A DNA stretch of 64,000 bases from Nageia nagi (lineage: Eukaryota > Plantae > Pinophyta): positions 117,986,001 to 118,050,000 of the forward strand of contig JBITNC010000001.1 in NCBI GenBank assembly GCA_050084985.1, given 5' to 3'. The position numbers and the translations under genes were made by a program. How positions within the stretch are numbered: position 1 is the first letter of the stretch; each line of letters opens with the position of its first letter. Under the pieces are notes generated by a model that did not search any database, was not told the origin of the DNA, and saw only the letters and a program-made list of their open reading frames with translations. Below are positions 14,501 to 26,779 of this stretch, one piece after another.

Positions 14501-15405
14501 TAATCTAATAGTTGGTTTTAATTTTACCCTTTCAAAATTCTTATTCAACATTCCATAAAGATGTCACTTATCTATTTTGTAGGACTCATGATAATATAAT
14601 TGTTGACTAATTTGGTGATTCAAATAATTATGGTTGTTATAATTCTTTCCTACAAATGAGAATGAGATAATACCAAAGATAGAATGGAAATATTAAAAGT
14701 AAATAAGAGAATTTGAATAAAGTTTGAAAATTAGGGGGTAATTTATATTAATAGTATCTTATTAGATTTCACTAAAAGTATAATGATTATTATCAATAAA
14801 GTATTATAATAATCCGACTATGGCTTGATCTTTTTTTCAATAATTGACAATAGGGTATTTTTTAAAGGTTCATTTTCACTATTTATACATTATCTAATCT
14901 TTCTATGGAGGTATGGTGATTGATTATACTAGGTAACAATTTGTAGTGTATGTAACATTTTTTATATTAGTTAACTTCTTAATTAATGATTAATAAATAT
15001 TTTTAATCTTGTTACTAGTTGCCAAAATGTATTCTTATTATTAGGTCTATGAGAACTTTTCCAAATAATCAAAAAGTGTTCAAATTGCTAAAATAAATAT
15101 CGAATAGCCAAGCTCTTAAAATTCCATTCTTTCTTTTTTTTTTATCAAAATTCTCTATTGCTAATAATATTTTAGGTACTCTTTGTAGCTTATGGGATAA
15201 AACTAGGTAGCATATATATTCGTAAACAAAAAAAGGAAGTTTGTTAGAATCATGTATGTAGTAGTATGGGTTTGAAAGGTAGATTGAAAAAATAAATGTA
15301 AATCATATTTTATACCTATTTAAAAAATGAATAAAACTTAGTGGTGTGCATCATAAGGGTTGAACTTAGATTTCAAAAAGATACATTTGATATATATACA
15401 TATAT

Positions 15406-15752
15406 AGATCAATTGAGGCCATTACAATGGACCATATTGTAGACATATAAAAATTATTTATTTTTTATTAATAAATCATATTTTGAGTATCTAAGCAATA
15501 TATTATTTAAATTATGAAAATATCTATAATATCAAGACTAATATCTCTTAATCATATTTATATCTAGAATTTTCTTGAGATCAATTGAGGCCATTACAAT
15601 GGACCATATTGTAGACGTATAAAAATTATTTATTTTTTATTAATAAATCATATTTTGAGTATCTAAGTAATATATTATTTAAATTATGAAAATATCTATA
15701 ATATGAAGACTAATATCTCTTAATCATATTTATATCTAGAATTATCTTGAGA
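15406..15752 (+). repeat. Tandem duplication, 172-bp unit, 2 copies
   Basis: AGATCAATTGAGGCC.. starts at 15406 and 15578; about 4 substitutions; AGA microhomology at the junction. Confidence 0.95.
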
Positions 15753-16276
15753 ATATTATTAATATTGCATGTTCTTCTATAATTTTATTGAGATGTATAT
15801 TATTATTTCATGGTCGAGTCTCACTCTCCTTTTGTATTTACAAGTATAAATGATGTTCACAACACCATAACCTTGTAACCAATGGTGTCTCTTGAAACCA
15901 CCTATCTAAAAGTTTGTTATTCTCTAAGCTTTACATTACTTTCTATGTTCATTATATACCTTTATATTGTGAATCTAACAACATCCACTGAGTGAGAAGA
16001 TTATTGACACAACATCCAAAAACTTCTTCTTTATGATCCAAAGTGATAAATTTAAAGGATGTCAAACATTAATCTAGGTAATTTGAATATCATTACGGCT
16101 TCATTCCAAATATGATCACTTCCTTTGTATAATCATGTCACATCTTGAGGATTTCTTGCTTCTCATATTAGGTGCACACTTTGTTGATATTATTTGGATA
16201 GTCTTGGTAAGTGATTTGCATCATATATTGTAGATTTATATTTATCAAATTAAATCATAATTTAGAGTCTACATTT

Positions 16277-16289
16277 TGGTGAACCTGAC
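16277..16289 (+). other. Primer-binding site complementary to the tRNA-Trp 3' end
   Basis: TGGTGAACCTGAC vs the expected TGGTGAACCCGAC (one CpG transition), 3 nt after the LTR end. Confidence 0.8.
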
Positions 16290-18949
16290 TGATCTTACAA
16301 TCTTAATTTTTTATTTTAGAGAATCTATTTTTATGTGGACCTTACTTAGAAACATTAGGTTTTATTTTATTTTTATTTGAATTAGTTTTTTTCAAATTAA
16401 AAAATATATATATATCACTTGGAAATCATTAGAAAATTAGGGATTTTTTACTTTCAAGAAAAACCTTGAGTTTTGAGATCATTCTATTCAATTTGGTAAG
16501 ATCTAGCATTAGAAAAATTTTCCCAAACCATATGAAAATATAATTAGAAAAAATTTCAAAATTTTCTAGGTCTATATTTGCATATTTTGATTAGTTGTGA
16601 GAAAATATTTGCAAAAAATATCACATTAGAAAATCTTAAATTTAGAAAATATTTTGTAGGTATTTGGTGATTTGTTTCATGATAAAAAACTTATCAAAAC
16701 CATAAGTCATCATAGGAAACAACTTTTGAGATTAATTAAGGCTTATTGCGTGCATTTTTGTCAATATTTTTAGAGATTTTCAAATAAAATATTTTTACAT
16801 AAAATACTAAATTTTGAAGGTTATTTCTCAAATTTTAAAAGTTCTAACGTCACAAGGCTTGTCTCATATCGTAGATATACATGCTAGCAAATTATTTTTA
16901 ATTTTGAATAGTCTAAATTACATGAATATTCATATTTCTTATATCTTGTTGTAAATGTTTTATTTAGTAGTTTATTATAACTCTAAGAGGTCATTTTTAT
17001 GGATTATGGAATATGCTAAGTGTACATTTAGATTTCATGTAAAATAAGAAACACTTAGAGTGAATCAAGATACAAAATTCTCAAACATAATGATATTTCA
17101 TCTATAGATAATCATGAATATGAAACTGATATTGATGATGATCAATTTACTACTAATATAGATTATGAGCCATATATAAATAATCTATGGATAAATATGA
17201 GTTGTATGATATTGAATTTGAAAATCTATCATTTGAGAGTCAAGCAAAATTAAAGAACACATGTTAGCTAATCCTTATTTGTTACTAGGAATTATTATAG
17301 ATCCATATTTAGCTAAGAAATATAATGAATATGAGTGATAAATCTTTCAAAATGGAACTAGAGTTGTTATTAGAAAACCCTTATGCAAGAAACCATTGTA
17401 TACAAATAATTCAAAGAAAATATTCCTTTAGCAATAATAAAAGTAATGAACATAAATAATCTAGTAAAAATAACTCAGTTAGTACAACTCTAAGTCAAGA
17501 TAGTTCAAGAATATCTCAAAAAGTAATATTGCACATGCTATAGAAATTCACAAATACAATACCCGCATCATAGATTTATTTCATCCATAGAAGATTAAAA
17601 AGGAAAAAATTGGTTGGTAGGATATAGGAAAATATGAGCTAGTTTTGTTCAATTAAGACCAATTAAGATTCGGTTATAGGATTATAGAGAGCAAAATGAT
17701 TGGTCCTTTGAGAAGTACACATTGAAGATTCTAATGCTTAATTCATTATTGCAGCATAAATCTTTTAAACTATTACCTTAGTATTAATAGAAAAGGATTA
17801 TGTACATGATTATTTAAAGGAATAAGGATATGTTTTTAATGATATTGGTGATTTGACCACTATCTAGTACCTTATAGTTTCTCATTTTACATATCATGTA
17901 TGATGCATCTCATATAGGCTTCCACTTTTATATTAGATTATACTTCAAGGTTGTATATCATTTAGGTTAGTCCCTTGCATGCATTTAGTTACCATAGAAA
18001 ATCTCATCAAGTTTTTCAATCATGCTATCTTCACATCTTCATCTTTTCAATCACTTTCTATTGCTTCTTATTTATTTTTTGCACCTTTTCATCCTCATTA
18101 GTTCATCAAGTCTTCTTCTTTTGTCAAATTTTCTTATATTTTATCTCTCATTAGGATTATAAAATGTATCATGTGAATTAAATATTTTATGTCCAAATTA
18201 ATCTTTTTTCTAGTTATTACATGTCATCCTTGTTACATCTCATGAAAAATATAAAAACTAATAATGTTCATGTCATTGCAAAAAGTATTAAAAAAATAAT
18301 TAAAGAAATAAATATATGTTCAATATAAGGAAAGGTGCATGAATTTGAATTAGGATAAAGCAAATTTAGTCTCAACTAAGGGGTTGGTTTAGTTGGGGGT
18401 ATATTTAGAATCATAAATAATTCAAATCAGGGGAGGGGTGAAATAACAAATTAGAATCAAAAGGGACAATTCATAATTTAGAATCATAAAGAGGAAAGAA
18501 TTCAATTTCAAAATATCAAAAATCAAGTTTCAAATCATTAGTCAACACAATGGAAGTCAATTTTAAGTAGCCCATTTCAAGGGTACATAGGTAAGAATAG
18601 GTACAATATATCATCTCAAACTTGATCAAATTTTAGATATTTATATATCCTAACTAAAGAGAAGAATATTATTCTTAAAATTTTTATAAAATTAAGTATG
18701 TTCATGTCCTACAAAAGCTAAAATCATGGCATTCATGCCATGTATACCAATATATTTCTCAAAAATTAGGTATCTCAAATGCTAAGACCATTGTTTATTT
18801 TGAAAATGTGGTATTGTCTCTTGTAACTATCATGTGATTTGTTTGTAATTATCTTTTGAATGCAATACATGTTCTACTCATGATGTTTTCAAAATCCTTC
18901 GAACTCCCATGAATAGAATTCTATCAAAATTCATAGGTTATACAGCACC

Positions 18950-19143
18950 ATTTTTTGTATCTTTTGAACAAAAAATGATTCACTCATAATTATTTTGGTA
19001 TCTTTTGAACAAAAAAAGATCCATTCAAAATTATTTTTTGTATCTTTTAGATAGATAAAGATCCACTCAAAACCATTTTTGGTATCTTTTAGAAAGAAAA
19101 AGATCCACTCATAATACTTTTTGGTTTCTTTCGAATAAGAAAA
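18950..19143 (+). repeat. ~42-bp tandem repeat, about 4.5 copies, in the 3' UTR of element C
   Basis: Recurring TTTTGGTATCTTTT..AAAGATCCACTCA.AAT units. Confidence 0.85.
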
Positions 19144-21553
19144 TATGAAATCCTAATTCTTTCATGGAGCTATTCTAGGGAAACCAAGTCAAAAAAGGGA
19201 CATGGAGGAGGCAACAAGTTGATGACATCTGCAAACCATTCAAGGAAGTACTCTTTAAATTCTATTAAAAAGTTCTATGCACTTCTTTTTCATTCTTTAG
19301 ATTATGCAATTTCAATGTTTTTCATTACATATCAAAATAGGGGCAAATATAGATGCCTCAAAATTATTTTTTATTTATTAAAAATTCATATTTTATGTAT
19401 CTAAACTATATGATATTTAAATCATGTTAATATCTATAATATCAAGATTAATATGCTAATTAAATGCTAAACATGTTCTAATCAAGGCAAATATCTCTTA
19501 ATCATGTTTATATCTAGAATTATCTTGAGAATATCATTAATAGTGCATGTTCTTTTATAATTCTACTGAGATGATTATTACTATTTCAAGATAGCTCTCA
19601 CTCTCCTTTTATCTTTACATGTATAAAAGAACATGCACAACACCATAACCCCTATCGGATACCTTTGATAAGTCATTATCCATAAATCAACTACAATACC
19701 CAACAATATATCTTGATGCCATCTATCTGATATTTTTTTATTCTTTGAGCTTTATATTACTTTCCATCTTTGTTAAATATCTTTATAATGTGAATCTAAC
19801 GGTGTCCATGGAGTGAGAAGATTGTTGACATGACATACATGTCGTGCTTCTTTGTGATATAGGGTGATAGATTTGGAGGATATCAAGTACTGATCTAGAT
19901 AATTCAAATATCATTATGGCTTCATCCCAAATCCGATCCAATCCTTTACATAACTATGCCACATCTCAAGGATTGCTTGCTTCTCATATCATATGCACAC
20001 TTTCTTGGTATTATTTGGATAGTGTTGATAAGTGATTTGCAGTAACTCATAATTTAGATTTATATTTATTGTAATTATTATAGGAAATCATAATTTAGAG
20101 TCTACACATATTAGGTCCCATCTAATCAAGTCTATTACATGTCCCTTTGAATACCTCTCGTGAGTGGTCTAAGTAAATTTTTCAATATATTTAATTATCT
20201 TTTATGTACTCCTTATGTGTGCTCATTAATGGAAGCATCAATAATGTACTATCTTAGCTACAGATTGATATAATTATACAGTGATTGGAATAAACTCTTA
20301 TAATGTTATGTATATCATGATCCATATGAATGTGGTCTTGATAAAATTTTTGATGGTTATAAACATAATACTCTATACTTAGCTAACAAACCACATCATG
20401 GAATCATAATTATAATCCTAAAGAAAGTGATAGGAAAGAAATATGTGGCACTATAAATGAACATGCAATACTTTCCATTTTTATTGTATTTTTTAGGTTT
20501 CATCTATGAGCAATCCTTCAAGCCATCATCCTTTAATCTCTTTTTATCTTGATGCCCCCTTTAGCTCTATACATTATTTTCTTAAAATCATAGACAAGAG
20601 AATAATATCCACAACATATAATATATGTCTATGAAGTAATTTTATCAAAGAACATCAATATTATGAGTGTAAACCCACTTGTAGCTTGATACACTATTTT
20701 CTTAAAATTAAAGATGAGAAAAGATAACAACTAGCAATATATTGTATATTTATATACTTATAATTCAAAATATAACAATATACCAATAAATAATATGTTA
20801 TCATTATGTTATCAAATATTCATACCAAATAATAAATAATTGATGCACAAAGAACTCTAAGACCTTGACCATAATTTGTATGGTAATATTTTTGATTATG
20901 AATCTATAATTTATCTATAATTACATGTGAATTTTACAATCAATTTTAAAAATATATTATAAAATATAATTTAAAATTCAAAAAAATAAAAAACATCAAC
21001 ATCGCATCTATGCTCACCCCATAATTGTAAGAGGACAAAAGAGCATATAACATTATAAAACACCTAGTACTCTTTTATCTTATTGCAATCTCTTATCAGG
21101 GTGTCTATGGTTTTGTATAAGTTTTTGTTTGTTGTAGGATACATAACTTCATACAAAACTACCTTCTTTGAACTTCATTTATATCGTCATGTATGTTGCA
21201 CTGGCCCAAAACTACTAGGAATAAAATCAATTTCTGGAGGTATTAATACTCCAAGTCTAAGGTAATCATTCTTTTAAAATAATGTCCTCTTGAGGGGCAA
21301 TCTGTCTTATAATTATTCTGTGAAATAATAGTTTCCACTCATCGGTAGATTCCAAGCACTTCATACCAGCATTGTTGCTGTTACAGAAACATATTTGCAA
21401 TTACTGTTAAAAAAGAGTATAGAAATACATATTCTGATGTTGTAGATTGCTGAAGCGTGTCTAATTAGAGGAAGATGTGTATCGGAAGGCAAACAGAGAT
21501 TTCCCATTATCGGCTATCCAACCATTAGAGAAACACTTCAGTCTACCGGGATC

Positions 21554-21910
21554 TAATCCATCCACCATTTCATGTTAAAAAAGATATTCCAAAATAAATT
21601 AAATCCATCCACCATTCCATATCAAAAAAGATATTCCAAAATAATTGGGTAATTAAGAAAGATGCCTATGGAGGAAATGAAGATGGATACAGTCCTTATA
21701 ATATTCTGCTAAACCTCAGCCCATATATATTATATATATATGGGCTGAGGTTTAGCAGAATATTATAAGGACTGTATCCATCTTCATTTCCTCCATAGGC
21801 ATCTTTCTTAATTACCCAATTATTTTGGAATATCTTTTTTGATATGGAATGGTGGATGGATTTAATTTATTTTGGAATATCTTTTTTAACATGAAATGGT
21901 GGATGGATTA
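21554..21910. repeat. Perfect inverted repeat: 177-bp arms, 3-nt loop
   Basis: 21554-21730 is the exact reverse complement of 21734-21910; loop TAT. Each arm contains an imperfect 47-bp tandem duplication (AATCCATCCACCATT..AAAAAAGATATTCCAAAATAA). Confidence 0.98.
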
Positions 21911-21912
21911 TA

Positions 21913-21916
<4 letters not shown>

Positions 21917-21952
<36 letters not shown>
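21917..21952. repeat. (TA)n microsatellite
   Basis: About 18 TA units just after the palindrome. Confidence 0.95.
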
Positions 21953-21954
<2 letters not shown>

Positions 21955-22794
21955 CCACCATTGTTTCTTTCTATATAAATATACACACCCGCACCAACGA
22001 ATGAAATGTAGATGCCAGGCTAAGAATCATATTTTCCTAAAGAAGAATCATTTTCTGCTGGTATCTGAATTATTTAAAGCCTCACCAATCCATTTGCGCC
22101 GACCAGAAAGCTTAGTGGACACAAGCGGGGCCATCTTATCAACATACAAGATGACCAAAATCTTACATCACGTTACTCTCATTGCGAGATCCATGAATAA
22201 ATCCCAGATGTCCGCGCACTATCCTTTCTCGTTTTCTGTTGTTGCTACGGCTGCCTCTTTTATTTCTAGCCTGTCTAATGGCGGGCTCCGTCTGAGCCTC
22301 CAACCATTTTCAACGAATTTAAGTTCGATGTGTGAAAAACAAGGGATTAGCGTATCCACAAATTTAACAAGACCAAAATTTATGAATGCAATAGCATACC
22401 TTTAAAAATGCATTTTTGTAGTATAGAATTTCTTTTGCCAAAATTGTGTACATATTTGTGGAGGTATGTCCGATATACCTTGAGTGCATATATTTCAAAT
22501 CAGCCAAAATCAGACACTGTAAACAATCAAGGTCAAAGTTAATCATTTGCTGTTCAAAGTATATGTAGAATTCAGCTAGAGATATCCTTTGGTATTTCTT
22601 TTTGATTTATTGTACACAATAGTAATTCACCTCTCTACTTCAATATGGTTTTTCTCAAAATAATAATATCTAAAAATAATTTGTTTAATTATAATTTAAT
22701 ATATTCATGTTTTTCTTAAAAGATACATATATAATATATATATTTCTATTTTTTTTGTTAGATAAATCATTTCGTGAGAGAGAACTTTTGTTTT

Positions 22795-22935
22795 CTCATC
22801 GACATCTACCATAATTCGATAAGATTTTACATACTATGCAGGTGAGGGGGAGAGATTTGAACATGAGAACTCCTTTTTTCCACTAAGGAGTTTTAACAAC
22901 CCATTTTTCACCAACTCCTTTCATAATTGTTGGTA
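22795..22935 (-). mobile_element. Candidate SINE, copy 2 (3'-truncated)
   Basis: The reverse complement GGAGTTGG..GTTAAAACTC..GTTCAAATCTCTCCCCCTCACCTGCATAGTATGTAAAATC matches 7453-7594. Confidence 0.5.
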
Positions 22936-23336
22936 CTATTTCTATTTTAGAATTATAGATTTAAAACAAAAATAATACTATATGTGCCAATATTCCTAAT
23001 TTATTATTTTTTATGAGACATAATACAGGAAACTATCTATAATCTTTTAAATATGTTACTATAAACTCTTTTCTTGATATTAATCTTTTTAAATAGTAAG
23101 GTGAACCTTATATATGGAATTCTCTGGTTCTACCATTGTCTTCATTAAAAAATTCAATTCCACTCTTTCCTTCTCATATTAAAAAAATATCCATTAAATA
23201 TATTTTCCCTTTCACATAGATCTTTTTCATATAAAAACTATGTAGCATATTTGAGAATTCTAAACTTTGACACTTTTAAATCTAACCATAATCAATATGA
23301 AACGTTTTCTCTCAAATTTATCTTTTTCAATACATT

Positions 23337-24720
23337 TGTATATCCATACATGTTTTTTTCAAAGAAATAAGAAGATTCTGTATGGGTATACTCTTTTTGT
23401 AGCCATATTACTATTGGGACAGCCATACCTAGCCAATTTGGAGAATACATATTGAAGTTTGATTTTGGTGGAAGTTTGATAGTTTTGGCATACATATATC
23501 CCATCAGAAGTGTAGAAAAATCAAAAGAAGAAAGGACATAGCCAATTTTGGGATGTTTTCACAACAATTGATTTTGATGGAGGTATGATAATTGTTGAGA
23601 AGAAGGACATTGTCAAAGATCCAATGAAGTTAGAACAACGACATACTAAATTTTTTTCTTTGTGTCTTATGAAGCATTTGGTTTTGTCAAACTTCTAGCA
23701 AAGTGGAGAGGATAATATTTGGCTAAAACTCAAAATGGAATCCTTCACACACTTCCATCAGTCTAAGATTCCACCACAAGCAAAACTAGAAAAAATTGAG
23801 GAGAGTTTCAAAATATATGTAACATTGCATATCCCATTTTGGAAATTCAAGTCTTGACCATGGAGACTCAAACAAGGATGAAGAAGTTTGTCAAAATGAG
23901 CCTTTTGTTCAAGTATTTAGTTTCTATAGGTCTATCCGAGTGCAAGCACCTGTAGATAGTGTTGTAAGTTTAAAAAAGTACATTTTCTTTCCAAGAAGGT
24001 GATCTTAACCACCAGATCCAAGTTCTAAGCTCCAAATAGATCAAAGGCATCCAACTGCGCAAGAAATTATTCCAAAAACTTAAAGATTTGGATACAAATT
24101 GTAAAATAGATCATAATTAAATATGATACCTAGTTAGCTATATGTATTTTTATATATCAAAGTTTGTTAGAAGTTTTTTAGTGTAGATTCCTTAATAGAA
24201 AAAATATAAGTAGTGGTGTTGTAAAGAAGAAAGGGTTGGATACATTAGATATAGCCCCTATTTTGTACTTATGTTAGATGATAATAGAATATAACATGCT
24301 TCTTGATCTCTTAACTATGATTTATCCTTCATTGTTCTTAAATTGTTATGTGATCTCTTTATTCCCATTTCGCAGATTGCAAGAAATAGCTAGTAGTTAA
24401 TCTGTATCTATAAAGATTTTATATTTTTTTATTACTTAGAGTGTCATGCTTAATTTGGAGGCTGCAAAATCAAACTATTCGACTAGCTCAAATTCTACTT
24501 TAATGACTATTTAGGCTAGTCTAGATTTGTTTGATTCCCTTACTTTCATTCAATAAGTTTATTGCTTGTAATATTTGCTTTTTGTAGTTTATTTATTTAT
24601 TTTTATCAAAGGAGCTAATCTTCTTTGAATATAAGGTTTCTAGTGATAGGAAGTTCATCCTCATACTTACTATTGTAGATTTGATACACAGGCATGTGTA
24701 TTACCACATATTAGTAAACA
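23337..24720 (+). repeat. 5' LTR of element B
   Basis: Colinear with 34120-35530; differences are mostly transitions. Confidence 0.9.
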
Positions 24721-24899
24721 ATAGCATAATTATTTTTAGTACACCCGATGGGATGATCTCATACCCTATTTATATTATGTATGATCTTTGTATCATGATG
24801 TAGACTCTGCTTGGATGAAACCTGATCTTTCTTAATAAAGGTTAAACCCAAGAAAAGATCCTTCAAGATCCATTTCTTCAAGTTTTGTTAATTATGAGA

Positions 24900-26250
24900 A
24901 TAAGGTCTCATACTAGGGTAGTCAAAGAATTCTCTCACATTGTAAGTCCTCCAAGATCTATTAAAACTCTTATTACAAAATCCAAGTCTCTCATAGATTT
25001 GACTCATATTTTGACCCCCATTGCATTGAATTCAATTTCACCTCCCATACAAAGGAATAAAATTAATCAACCTATTCAAATGGATAACCAAGCCACACCT
25101 TGGTTTTATCCAGAGTGGAATGCTTATGGAGCGCTCTAGATTGCAAATCCATGAGATTTTGATGCACACTACTAAAGCTTTGCAACATTGGGATACTTAT
25201 GGAAATACAATTTATGAACATTATCAAGATATTACAAAGATGGCAAAAAAACATAACATAGTCAACAAAGATGTGATGCTTAGATTACTTGCTATTTCTC
25301 TCTTCAAAAAGTTTTAGACTAGTACCGAACACTTCCACTTAATTTCATATCTAGATGGGCTCAACTTTTAGAACCCCTAATTTTGGAGTTTAATAAGGTT
25401 GGTGATCTTTACTCTTTATTGTATCAATTTACTATCATTTAAAGAGATCTTATGGAGAATATATCAGATTTCAATCTTAGATTTGCTAAATCTTAGGCTA
25501 CAATCCCCTTAGTTGTAAGATCACACTCTTCCATGGCTTTAATATTTTATCTCAAAGATTTTACTCCTAATCTAGGGGGCAAGAATCCAAATGGCTAGTC
25601 CCCAACAATTTTCTAAAATTTATAAAGTTTCCTTACAATCTAAATCTTCCCTCATTTTAGTAGGAAAGCTTCTTGTTAGGGTATTTACACCTATGACATA
25701 TGCACCTTCTTTTGCCATGCAACCTCCAATGCTAAATTAACCTCCTCTAAGTATAGCTTAGGAACCCTAGTTACAATTATCAGCTCTCTAACCTCAACTT
25801 ACTTTGCTTGCACCTATTCCATAATTAGTACTCCTTGCACCTGCTTCTAATAGTAATGTGTAGTAGTAAGAGAATCCCAACCAAATGAAGATTATTGAAT
25901 TGAAATATTTGGTGAGGACTCTATCCAACTAGAGGATAACTAAATAAAGAGCATCCCATAGGAGAGATTAATATGATCAAAGGGATGATGGACGATAATA
26001 TAGGAGGTATCCCTTGCCTAAAAGAGATCAACCACCACAAAAAAAGAAATCACATCGATATGATAGAATCTATATGTCCCCTGTGGTGCATAATCCTCCA
26101 CCTAATCAAGATTGGTGTAAAGCTTATAATGACCACCCTCATATCTAGAATACTTATCCCATATATCAACATCTGATGAGGTTAGCAACTAATGGAGGAG
26201 TTGACACTAGTTATTATGTGTATGAAGTAGCATCAAAAGCCAATTTTATG
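24900..26250 (+). pseudogene. gag: gag remnant of element B
   Basis: YEHYQDITKMAKKHNIVNKDVMLRLLAISL (cf. capsid EDV.MRLF..SL); ENISDFNLRF near 25460. Confidence 0.75.
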
Positions 26251-26779
26251 ATTCTCTTGTAATCTTTGAATAAAGCAGTTGAAACTAAGTTTACAACCAC
26301 ATAGTTTCTACTCTAGAGGTAGATTCAGTCTCTCCCAACCAAATCTAATCAAATACCATCAGTCTCACATCCCAAGTTATTGTCAAATAGTCCTTTAGGC
26401 GAATATGCTTCCATGGATAAGCTTTTTCCAAAAAAGAAAATTCCTAAAAAAATAATGAGTTAATCAACCCTTTACTTCCGTAGAGGTACAAGAAGGGGAG
26501 AAGGTAGCTAAGAGGTTTATATACCCATCTTTAACAAGGGACCAAAGAGAAAAAGAAGCTTTGTCCTATAAAAGGAAATATCTAGATGAGATTCCTTCTT
26601 GTATTTCTCCATACAATATTGTGGATGATTTAAAGAGTATACCATCAAGAGCATCACTCTTTGATGCTTTACGCATTCCTTGATAGATTGACCTATTGAA
26701 GGAAACACATACTTTATATTGAAAAAGATTATAGTTGGAATTGTAGTCTAAATGTAGGTGCAAATTTTTCATGTATGGC

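Larger units (their letters stand above)
15438..20106 (+). mobile_element. Non-autonomous LTR element (LARD-like deletion derivative, element C)
   Basis: 5' LTR TGTAGA(15438, duplicated start at 15610)..TCTACA(16273); 3' LTR 19348-20106; TSD CATAT at 15433-15437 and 20107-20111; PBS at 16277; PPT AAAATAGGGGCAAA at 19334-19347. No gag/pol motifs recognised inside. Confidence 0.9.
21300..22550. promoter_or_regulatory. CpG/CHG-retaining non-TE island, candidate cis-regulatory region or ncRNA locus
   Basis: About 22 CG dinucleotides by eye plus frequent CAG/CTG, against strong depletion elsewhere. TATA-like CTATATAAAT at 21971-21980, CCAAT near 22085, CTTATC (I-box, reverse) at 22135-22140, ACGT near 22170. 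Confidence 0.55.

Noticed and set aside
14000-15400. Possible DNA-transposon or host sequence flanking element C (also 20112-21300)
   Set aside because: Very AT-rich, with no motif, terminal repeat or coding signal I can support.
21554-21910. Known MIRNA precursor or MITE
   Set aside because: No conserved mature miRNA recognised; the arms are perfect rather than bulged; no TSD and no internal spacer.
21896-22405. 169-aa ORF as a host CDS
   Set aside because: Starts inside the palindrome, runs through the (TA)n tract (YIYIYI) and has no recognisable domain; kept only as a low-interest finding.
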